Shown piece by piece: positions 29,701 through 41,700 of a stretch of 64,000 nucleotides of DNA. The notes under the pieces were generated by a model. That model worked only from the letters and a program-made list of their open reading frames with translations. It had not been told where the DNA came from and searched no databases. Position 1 is the stretch's first letter. Every line of letters starts with the position of its first letter. The DNA comes from Gnetum montanum (Eukaryota > Plantae > Gnetophyta), in assembly GCA_015680685.1 (NCBI GenBank), contig MNCI01001310.1, positions 650,976-714,975 on the forward strand, read 5' to 3'. Position numbers and translations under genes: made by a program.

Positions 29701-32700
29701 CAGATTCGCCAAGTTGTGCCTTAGCAAGAAGTTCATGCACTCCACGCTGCCAAGCAGGTCTATGGTATCTATGCTTGTTTTCTCCCATGGATATAGGCGT
29801 TGATTGAAGTCCCCCACTAGTAACCATCTGTCTGTATCAAGAACCACCTGCATCACCCTTTTAAGTTCTTGAATCCTCACCTCCTAGCATTATGCCCCAT
29901 ATACGTTGGTTAGCCAGATTCGTTGTTGGGGAAGGTAAATTGTCTGGGTCCATTGTGAGTTGTCCACCTAGCTAGCAGGAAGTTTGGATGAAATAGCAAG
30001 TCCCCTTGCTTGTCTACTACATGGGACGTTCATCAAAGTCCAACTCTCCCATCGTATCAAATTCTCTTTAGTCGCTTGCAGCTTTGTTTCTTGTAGGCAG
30101 ACAATATCACATCCCTCACTCCAAACAATCGTTTTTAGGGTATTCCATTTGTAAGGGGTACCCTGTCCCTTGCAATTCTAGGACAAGATCTTCATGGAGA
30201 TACAAACGTACGTCTGTGATAGACCTCCTTTAGGGTCCTCTGCACCCCAAGGTCCACCTCCAACTACGTCAGCCTCTTCCTCAATGCTGAGGCATCTGGC
30301 CTACCCACCTTATTTCCTTTTGAGTATTCCACATCGTCATTAGGTTGTGGTTGGTTGGGTCATAGCTAGATTTGCAAGTTTTGGCCTGGATGACCCTTGA
30401 TCAAACGTGATCCACTCTCCTAAAGCAGGTAATTCCAAGTGTTGCCTGGTGGGTGTGTGTTTTAGGGAGTTCCTTGAGGATGGGGATCAGATCGCCTCCA
30501 CTTGCACCCCTGACCTAGCAGTTCCCCCACCTGTCTCCAAAGCATGGTTTGCAACTCGGCCCGTCATCCCCAACAGGGCCCTAGAGGGTCCTCTGTCGGG
30601 CTTTGCGCTAGTTGCCCCTCATGGGTGTCTTGGGCCAATCCCAAGACATCCCCATTTTTGGCTCTCGGCTATGCTTGTCTGCCTTGATCTACTGGTTTCA
30701 CGACCTTCCCATTTTTTCCCACCATGGTCCATCCATTGTGGGATTCCTTGCTTTTAACCCGACAATCCTTCGTTGGGTGCCCCTTTTCGCAAGTCGAGCA
30801 CACCACAACATTTTTCTGAACTTGATTCGAAGGTGGCATATTCTCAAAGTGTACTTGGACTCACTCCTCTTCGTCATCCATGTCCAGTACCATTTCATTG
30901 ACCTTGTCTTCTGATCCAAGCGAGCACCACATGCAAAAGTGCATATACCCCATTTGATCCATCGATGCGGTGAAGGCATCGAACTTGATGAATTCCCCAA
31001 ATAATTCGGCCAGCAATTTCAGAAAACCTGTTGTCTAGAACTCAAGGGGCCAGATCCAAGACCCTGATTGAGATCGTGCCTGATCAAAAAGATTGGCATC
31101 CTAGTGGGCACACGGTGCCAAAGCCAATCCTTGTGCCCCATAAAACCATGGCCCTCCTAGCAGCACACATTCTGCATCGGCGTCTGTTTTAAACACAAAG
31201 AGCAGCCTGTTGTCTGCAAGGCTACAAATTGTCACCTCCTCCAAACCCCGGTCATCTTAGCCCATTGGCGTATGAGATCCATTCTGGGATGTACACCATT
31301 AGAAACAAATTTGGCTAACAAGCACAACTGCAGCACTTGGACTGCCTCCTCTGGTGGCCTTCTCACCTTCAGGCACATCATCCCTCCTTCATGCTTACAG
31401 GCTTCAAACCCCAGTTCTCCATCCTGTCCAACAGATTCTCCCGCAGTGGCCAACACCCTCCTAGCTGCACCCCCCTTAGTCCCTAGTGGGCCGACCAGCC
31501 CTTGCTGCCCGTCGCCATTTGGCGTGCTGGCCGCCCCTCCAACATCGCCTGCACTGCCCCCATCGTGCCCATCGCCCTTGTTCCCATTGCCTATCCTCCC
31601 ACCCATTGCTGTTGTTCTGATCTGGTCCGGAACAGCTCTGTCTAATTCATCAACTTTCAACAACATCATTCATCATTATTTACTCAATCTTGAAAGTTGA
31701 ACAGTTGGAATCTGGGACATTCACTATCTTGATCATATTTCAGTCATTTCACAATATTTTTCAGTGATTCCAGATTTATTTGAAAGCAAGAACAAGTGGC
31801 AACGTGTAGCTAAAATTTCATTGCAATGTATATCGTGATTTGGGAGAAATTCACTCTGCAATTTGACAGATTTTCTGAGTTCTAAAGTTTTACCAGAATG
31901 AATGATGGTCAATGATTGTGTTATTTCTCCCTTGTCTCACAACATTTGATGTGATCTCAAATTTATTTGAAAGCTAATATCTGTGGGAAGATTCAGTTAA
32001 AATTTTAGCATCAGAAATTTAACAATTTTTGAGTTATCATCTCTCAAAGTTGCACTACCAAAATTGCTGCGATTTTTGATAGCTTGGAAAGAACAGAACA
32101 TAACCTCAGCCTCTGGATATTTTTTGTAGTGCTTTTTTTTCTCAAACAATAGAAAATTTGCTAAGCTTTCCTAGAATATTAGTTGATTCTTTGTGAAGTC
32201 AAGATAATCAAGAAATTCTTTCGCCACCTGAAATTCCTTTAGAATAAGCATTAATACTTAAATCTTGGATGTCTTTCTTTATGCAAGCAAACCAAGTATG
32301 TTTTGGTCTCCCTCTTTGTTGGTTCCCCTTTAATAAAATGACCTTTTCTAACATGAGCATTCTCTGGTCTTCTTAGTAAATGATCAAACCATTTGAGATG
32401 ACTTTCTTAATCTTTTTATCTATTGGTGCTGCTCCCAAACTTTTCCTAATAGCAGATGTTGATTTGATCTTTCCTAGTCACACCTAACATCCCCCTTAGC
32501 ATATGCATTTGCCACATGCATACATTGAGCCTGTTGCTTGTTGATAGGCCAACATTCTACCTCATAAAGTATCATAGGTTTAATAGCAGTTTTGTTGAAC
32601 TTACCATTAAACCAAGCAGAACTAATTCTATCATAAAGCACACCACTAGCTTCTTGCCATTTCTTCCATTCTGTTTCAATTTTCTTTGTTACATTATTGT

Positions 32701-35700
32701 TAATCTCACCATCCATTTGAATAAAAGCCCTGAAGTATTTGAATTGCTGATATTAAGTCACTTCTTAGTTTTGGATTCTAATCTTTGTAGCTTCATTACT
32801 TGTTTTCCTACTAAAAGTTCATTTCATGTATTCTATATTACTTATACTAATTCTTGGTACCTTTGTTTCTAAGGTGTTTCTTTAACTCTCCATTTTTTAG
32901 CTAGCACTTCATAGATTCATCCACCAAAACAATCTTAGCAAGGAGCATACACAAAGGGGTATCATCTTGAATATCTTTTAGTTAGCTCATGCATAATAAT
33001 GACAAACAAATAATGGCTTAGAGCAGATCATTGGTGTAGCCTTATGTTCATAGGATAGTTTGAAGTCTTTCCACGAAGGGTGTGAGCTCGAGTTATTGCT
33101 CCATTATACATGTTTTGAATAGTCTTTATGTACCCAATAGGAATATCCTTTTCAACAAACACCAAGTCATATGGAGATTTTTCTTCTTATACCTAAATTT
33201 CTCTGTCAACTATCATAGCAAAGAAGATAGTGTTCATAGTTGATCTTCCAAGAATAAAATATGATTGATTTTCAAAAATAATTAATTCTTGCCTTAAGCA
33301 TTGTTTTATAACCCTTCCCCATAACTTCACTGTTTGATTAATAAGCTTGATGCCTCCATAGTTTTCACAATTTTGGATGTCTCCCTTGTACTTGTAGATG
33401 AGTACCATAGTTATTATCCTTTAATCATTTAACATTTCCCTTTCTCTTGTATTTTCTTGAATAAATTTGTCAACCAAGTAATCCCTATATCTTCCATAGA
33501 CATCCATACCTTTATAGGGANAAACATAAAGGGAAAATAAAGATAAGGTTGAGAAACTGCCCTCCTTCTAGCGCCAAAAANTGTTGATGCGTAAATTTTG
33601 GACACGCGAACACCTGTGAAAACTCGTTTGAGGAGACTATCGCCTAGGGCGCCTCCCGTATAGGTACGGAAACCCGGGAATAGTCTCAGCTGGAAAGGGC
33701 AATGTGACAGAACTTTAATAACAATATTTAAAACGAAATATCAAAATAAAAGTCTAGATTTGACTTAATATTTAAATACTCAAATTTAATTTGGAAACTT
33801 AAAGTAACAAGATGCAGAGAAAACAGCATAGCAGAGGCGGCAATCCACGCGGCAAACCAAGGTGGCGGCAGGAGCGGATCAAGGTGACAGCCGAAAATAG
33901 GATACTGTGGGACGCGGCGGGGATTCAGACGAGGCAGGCGCTGCGGGTAAAAGAAATGCGGTGGTGCAGCAACACGGCGAAGTCACGGGAGTGCAGAGGA
34001 TGGCAGCGAATTGCTGCAGCGTCAGGCGGCGATAGGCGGACAGCATCCAGCGGCGGTGACCAGAACGGCAGCGCGGCAGCGGCAGGGAACAGANAATAGT
34101 TATTAGCTATAGCAAGATCATAGGCTTGCACACACTTAAGAATAGATTTTTCCATTTCATTTCACTCTTTGATTTTGTGCCTTCCATGCATTGTCTCATA
34201 GCCTGTTTTAGTGGTTCTTATATGTACATTAAAGGTTTGTTCAATGAGAATACCTTCATTCTTTGGTATTTGTTACATANTAGACAACAGCAACGCGGGC
34301 AGGAGGCGTAACGGCAGGCAGACGGCANAAGTCTATCCAAAGAATCCATGAAGGTCCTCTTAACATGATGCTACAAACTAACATGAGGTGCATAGATGCT
34401 TAGGGTGTTAATAACTATGTTTCCTAAGACAATCTTAATGGCGATGATTTTATCAACCCTTGATGAAAGTTTACTATGTTTGGAAAATCAAATATTGTTA
34501 TACATGTTGTTCTAATTCTAGTAATAGTGTTTTTCATAAAGGATTATCACCTAGAGGCTCAATGCTCATCCTACCAATTCTAGGTCCTTGGAAGGTCGAT
34601 GGATGAGAGAAAACTTAATCTCTTTTGAGTGGCTGTGCTTAGGAGTAATAGTTCTTTCATAAACATCCTAAATCACTTTAATACATTTTTTAAGGATGTT
34701 CTTCATTCATAAGATCCAATCAAATAATATCTCTAGGCAGTCTATCATGTGCCTTTTCTAAGTCAATGAATATCATATGTATATTTTCCCTTTGCCTTTT
34801 AAACTTCTCCATTAATCGTTGTATCAAGAAAGTAGCCTCAATAGTTGATTTTTTTTTTTTGGCATGAATCCTTTTTTGTGTTTTGTTTTGTTTTTGTTTT
34901 TGATATTGTTGATATATGTCTGTATTCTTTCTGAAAGTTCCATAGTATCACCCATAAATTTGATTCCTCTATTCTTGTAGAGGAGGCCAATAATGCTCTT
35001 TCTTAACTTTTTAGGCATTTGTTCATTCTTCAAAATTTTATCGAATAATTGTGTTAGCTATATAGCTCATTTGTCTCCCATAGTTATTGGAACTTCTATA
35101 GGAATGATATTTGGTATAGCAGCTTTGCCATTTTTCATTTCAGATAAGGTTATTTTCACCTTAGAGATGAAAAATTCAGTGACTAATCCTAAATGTGGCT
35201 CATCTTCTTGAATGTTCTGCCTTCAAAATTCTTCAGTCAATAATATTTGAAAATGATTTTTCTATGTATCCAAAATTTCCTTGCCTGAATTTTTTCATTG
35301 GTCTCCTGATGCACTCCACATTATCAATGTCTTTACATTTCTTGCTTCTGATCTTTACCAATTTGTATATAAATATAAATATATTTTCTTCCTCTTTGTT
35401 CCTGTTTCATCATAAAAATCATTTAAAGCATTTTGTTTAGCTTTTCTTAGTGCTAGTTTGCCTTCTTTGCAATTTTGTAGATTAACATAGCTTCATGGTT
35501 TCCACTTCATTGCCATACTTTGAAGAACTTTTTCTTATTTGGTTTAGCATATCATACTTCATCACTGACCACCATGTTTCATTTGGAATATACTTTTTCC
35601 CTTTTGTTTCATCCAAAATATCTTTTCCAATTTTTGGATGAAAATTTTTATTTGTCCACATATGGTACCTACAAAACTATTTTAATTTTGTATGCTTTCT

Positions 35701-38700
35701 TTGAGCAATCATTCTTTGAAAAACGGTATGTTGTCTTCCTTCATATTTCACCATTTTATGTACTTACTTCCTTATTTTAACGCTATTTTTGAAGCTTTAT
35801 ATATCTAAGTTTATGATTATTGGTTGATGTTAAGTTGTATGGCTCTCTTTGAATGTCCTTGTGTTGGTAAATGGCTTAGTCTTTTGTGCACAATATGAAA
35901 TTTCATCATCATGATCATCCTAGCCTTATCCCAATTACATGGGGTTTGTATGATTTTTTCTTTTCGTTCACCACTATTAAGAGTTAAATTAACATTAATA
36001 CCTAACTTTTTGATATTTTTTAATTTTTGCTCACCAAGTATATTTTGGTCTAATTCTTTATTATTTTTCCTTTACTTCAATTGAGTAGCCTCTTCTAATA
36101 GGTGTACTCTTGATCTTGTCTACACATGATCAAACCACCATGTAAGATGACTTTCATTAGTCTTATTGTCTATTGGTGATATCATGAAACTTTTCCTAAT
36201 AAGAAAATTACTGATTCTATTTTTTCTAGTGACACCTAACATTCACCATAGTATTTGCATCTCTCCCACATGCATGTGTTGAATTTTGCATTTTTTAATA
36301 GGTTAGCATTCCACATCATATAAGATTGGAGGTTTGATAATAGTACTGTTGAAGTGAAAATAGTGCTGTTGAACTTTCACTTCAAGCTAGTGGGAGTTAT
36401 TTTATCAAAACGCACATCATTAGCTTCTCACCATTTGACCCATCCTACTTCAATTCTATTTCTCACATCATTGTTATCTCACCATCCATTTGTATAAGTG
36501 ATTCCAAGTATTTGAATTTCTCACCTTGTGTAATTTCTTGGTTTTGAATTCTAATATTCATATCTTCATTAAGAATGCACTTCATGTATTCCATGTTATT
36601 TCTGCTAATTCTTACAACTTTGATTTTAGAGTTTTATTTCATGTCTTTGTTTTTTGTAGCCAAGCTTTTGTTAGATTTATCCACCAACACAATTTCATCC
36701 ATAAAGCGCATACACCAAGGGATATTATCTTGTATTTCTTTAGTTAGCTTATCTATAATAATGGCAAACAAATAAGGACATGCCCAAAAACCAGCCAAGA
36801 ATTAGTTTAACAGTCAACTAGGGACCAGCCAAAGATTATTTCAAAAATCAGGGTAGAGAATCATTTCATAGTAACTCTAAAGACAATGAACAAGGATCCA
36901 CAAGAATCACAGTTGGATTTCAACCAAACTTAACACTGATGAAGTCACTGAGGGGGTAGAGTATTCCCGTAGGAATGGCCTTCCATTATTTACTCTCACC
37001 CTCTTCCTTGCTCCTCCAGCCAGCATGGTCTCTTCTTTCCTTTCTCTAAGTTTCTTGTCTAGTAACACCCCAGCAGCCATCTTAGCATTCTTATATATGA
37101 CACATTCGCACATTGTTCTTGATCCTTTTTGATTGGCCACCATTTTGATGCTTTTTTGATTGGTCTGATAACAGTTTTGTGGAATCCTTTTTGGCCACAT
37201 TTTTTGTTTATGTTTTTTATAAACTGTTTTGTTTGAAACGTTAAAGAGATTGGCCATGCCCTCTGTCATTATGCTCAAACCTGAATCAATATTTAACTAA
37301 AATTGGAAATATTTTTCATTTGAAACCATGTATAACCATCTAAAACCGTTGTTTCCATGATGATCTATTTTGTTTGAATGTGATTGCCTTCTCACAAGAG
37401 CATGTTCATGATTTCTGTTTCTTATTCCAATGCTTCTGCATCAATATAGAAAATGTGAATGTAGAATCATCCAAACTAAAAAGTAGGAAGTACTATTTTG
37501 TTTTCTTGCAGTTCGAGTTTCAGTTGATATTTTTTATATGATATTAACGTACATCGTGTATTGAGAGTGTTCAGGTGCTCCCATCCATGCTCATGGCCAA
37601 GGTTTACAATGCTGAAGGTTGTGAGCTTCAGAGATTTAACTACCTTGCAAATGTTGACCGTCAAAGATATTCCAGCAAGAAAAAATTGAAAGCTCTTATC
37701 CCTGAAGTCATCATAGTCATTTATGCTGGAACATCAATTGCTTTGATTACTGTGGCCTCATTGTTTAAAATGCTTGGGATGGCTGATGGATCTGGCTTGG
37801 CTTCTTTTGTTACATCTCTGGTCCTTTGTATTAAACCTATCCAGGTGTGTTGCCCTTAACCTCATTTCATAGTATCCAGTTAGTTTAACTATGAAAGCTA
37901 TACTTTTTTTTTTTTGAGAGAGAATGTTCGGGATAATATTACTGAAAATTATAGCATAAGAGTATACAATTTATGGGTCATCAGGGATGGCCCACAGGGA
38001 AAGAGGATGGGGTGGAAACCCCGATAGGAGCCTCGNATGCTTTGCATAGCGGCTTCTCGCCTGCTCCGATCCGCTGGCGAGTCCCCCGCGTCTGGATGAA
38101 ATCTCGCGGATGTTCTCCGGATATGTCGCCGGAGCTCCCCCTAGGAGCTCTCACAACTAATGCCCAAGATGATGTACTTTCAGCATTCATCATTCTTAAA
38201 ATTATTATAGGAAAACATGATGATGGCTGATATTCCATGATGTTAATAACTCATAGCAGAACAAGAATACGCACAGCATGAACAATACAGAAGAAGACCT
38301 ATCTGGTTTCCAAGTTTTTGTGAAATTTATCCAGGTTGTGAAAATATTCAGTCATGAATTGTCATTGTGAATGAATAAGGTTGGATTGAGTCTGGAGATA
38401 GCAACACCAATAAATAAATAAATATCAATAAAAAAGCTTGATTTTCGTGAATAGCTGGAATTGAAGCTGTCATTGTAATTATGTTATTGGTCTTTTTTTA
38501 TTTTGTTTATATTTCTCCAGTTTTCCTGATGACTTATTTTTGGAGATGCTTGCATATTGATATTTTGAGGCTACATTTTGGGTTTTAATTACATGCGTAT
38601 CTTTTTTTTTTGAGGTGGAATTACAAATAAATTTGATATCAAGAAGTTGCATGTGGAAATTTGTTTTGCTTGCAATTTTTAACATAACATATGCTTATTT

Positions 38701-41700
38701 TAAAAATAAATATGAAAGAAATGATGAAAATTGGATGGAGAGAGATGGATTCACTGTGACAATCATCAGATTTTGCGCTGAGATTGATTTGTGATATGGA
38801 TTTTTGCAGATTGTATCAGAAGTTAAGATAGGTAGATTAAAAATAACAGATCCACCAGATCGGCAGATTAAAAATTAGAGATCCACCAACAGCTCCTGAG
38901 GAGATCCTTGTAGCAGTTATGGAATTTATGATCTTATATGCTAGGTCCACAGCCTGTTGGTTCTCCCCACAGCTCCAAAACATAGAATTTGTTTTTTATT
39001 ACGCAGCTAGATTAGTTTTTTTTTTTTGGAAAATGATCGAGTGATTTTATTTCAAAAAAATAATGTACAAATGTACACCAAAGTCATTGACTAGAGTTGA
39101 CACAACCCAACCACGTGACACAACGGTCACCTGCAACGTACATCATGATCACCCATGCACCTGCACAGCATTGCCCCCTCACAGTACCCCAAGGCCTCAC
39201 TCCAGAGATTCAACCCCTGTTGACAAGGACAGGGGACATACATGATAAATTACACTCCTAAATGCCCAGGGCACCCCCTCCCTTATCAACGGGACCACAA
39301 CACTACCTAACCACGTCTGGCCCCAAACCACTGCATCCTGCGATCTTGGCGAACCATGACCTGGACCCCAGACTCTAAGCCGCAGCCAAGGTCTCTGAGG
39401 CATCTATGCCAGCCGTAGCTTGCTGTCTCGTCGATCCCAGCCCAAGTGCTAGTCTGGTTCTCTGCTCCAAGCTGCAATAGTCCCGTCCAGTGCTCTGAAA
39501 TCACTGCCTGCCTGAAGTTTTTTTTCTCTCTTTTTTGGTGGGGTTGGAAATTATCAGCAAGATAAGTTGCATCCATGACATTTTAAGTAAGATGATCAAA
39601 CAACTTTTGATCAACAAACACATCAAAGGAAGCCTATATGTCTTTGGTTATGTTCATTCTTTGGATTCAGCTGAAGATAATGCTATATCTTTTGTACCTG
39701 ATTGTACATCGATTTTTTAATTATCTCATTTGGGAGTGGCTTGTTTTTTAGAAGTGCTTCACAGTTTAGTTCATGTATCATTCTTTTCAGAAATCTTCTT
39801 ATATTAGAATGATCTGTTGATGTCATGATTGCCTTAATGTATTTGGATATTACTGTTTGTATGTTTTATCCTTGCACATGGTGCAGTCTATAGGAACATT
39901 TCTCATTCCAAATATTTTTTGGTTACTGCATTACTGGTTTAAAGTTATAAATGCATGCAATAGTTATTGGTATTCAATGCAGATTGAATAAGTTGAGGCA
40001 TACGTTAATAAGTCAGCCCAAATATCTTTGAATTCCACAACTTCTTAATGCCCTTGTTGTGTACAGAAAGCCCAAAATTTGTTTCCGTTTCTTGGCAAAT
40101 CAATGAAATCTTAGCTGCTTGTCTAATAGTTTTAGCAACTTAACATGTAATGTCATTGTTAATGACATATAACCTAATAAAGTTGGTATTAAGAAGAAAT
40201 ATTTAACTCATACTAGGTTAATGTAATAGCTGGATTGATTCAGCTTAGCATCAGAAACATTTTATATTTAAATTTCTGTTTCAGTTCTTTTTAACAAGTA
40301 AAAAGAGTTTATATTAATAAAATAAGACAAAGTGTCTATTTTAGTTGTTTGTTACAATATCATTTATGTATCATTTGTCGAGAATTGCATTTTTACTAGC
40401 AGTGAATAAGATGTGTCATTTTATAATGTATAGGATCTTGGAAGAGCATACAATGAATTGAAACAAGGAGAACCTGCTATTGAGCGTTTATTTGAGTTGG
40501 TGGCGCCATGTTCAGTGGTAATTCTTGTATTTTATATGCTAGCTATAAGACATACTTTTCTGAAATTATTATTCTGGATTATTTATTGGCATCTTGAATT
40601 GAACGAAATATTTCGCAGTTGAAGTAACAATGATAAATTAATGATCTGGAAAAAAAATTACAGATTGTTAGTTCAATTCCATTTGAAATTTTAATAAAGT
40701 TGTGAATTTGTTGGGACAATGCCAAGATGATGATTGCATTGAATGAAACATTTACGCTATTGCCATATAATGAGGACTTGTAGTAGTAATTTTGAAAATA
40801 AATATTGGTGAGCACTTAAGCAACCTCTTTAAAACTCACCATATTTTTAGAATACTGATTAAAGGGCCTATGGATACACAAAGGCTTTATATTCCTATTT
40901 GACTGAAGGGCATTGCATATCAAGTGTTCCTTTACTTGCTTCAATGAGAGATATATCTGTTGCTTATGATACACTAGTTTCAAGTTTAAGTGTATTTTGC
41001 AAACATGTTACGTGGATGTGGTTCTATGTCTTGCTAAATTTCCTTCATGGTGTTCAATAATCAATTTGTAACAACGTTGCCTTGACGTTGTTCGGCATCC
41101 CAAGGAATTCACTAAGACCCAATGGATCTGGGGTAGAAGACTTGGGGAATACACCTCTAACAAGCAAGCAACCCAAGAGAGAGTGCAAGCAACAACACAA
41201 CTTCTTAATATATGTATGGGAATGCACCTCAAGGAGGATAACTAACTCCAAACGAGGACCTTGTAAAAAAGCACACGAGCAACCCTGTAGAGAACATTGG
41301 TGGAAGGGGAAATGATGCATCTACAAGGGGTGGTGCCTCACCCCTAGAACCCTCACGATCTGGTACAAGGTTTGGCTTGGCACCACACTAGAACTATCCA
41401 ATCCTGGCTACCTACATATCTACGACCACTATAGAATCAGAGCCATGTAGGTCTCCAAGTGAGGGTAGTATGAAGAGAACTTAGAGAGAGTTGTAATAGG
41501 AGGGTATCCTGCTGCTAGCTTGGTACCGCCAAGCCAGGATGGGTTTTCTAACACTTGAGAGTCACCTAAGGGCGCCTCAGAGTGTTCCATGGCGCCCGAA
41601 CCATGGGGAGAGCTCAGGAGAACCACCACCTTGAGACATCTCTCACAATCCTCCCCCACACAAAAGAAGCGACATCCTTGGAGCGGAGCCTAGGATGACT

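Noticed and set aside
31272-31700. Pro/Ser-rich 142-aa + strand ORF and similar antisense ORFs in the track
   Set aside because: They are shadow frames of GC-rich LINE sequence with no independent evidence.
41008-41659. Duplicated short ORFs (also 47001-47685) as a gene pair
   Set aside because: They are incidental frames within the two LTRs.
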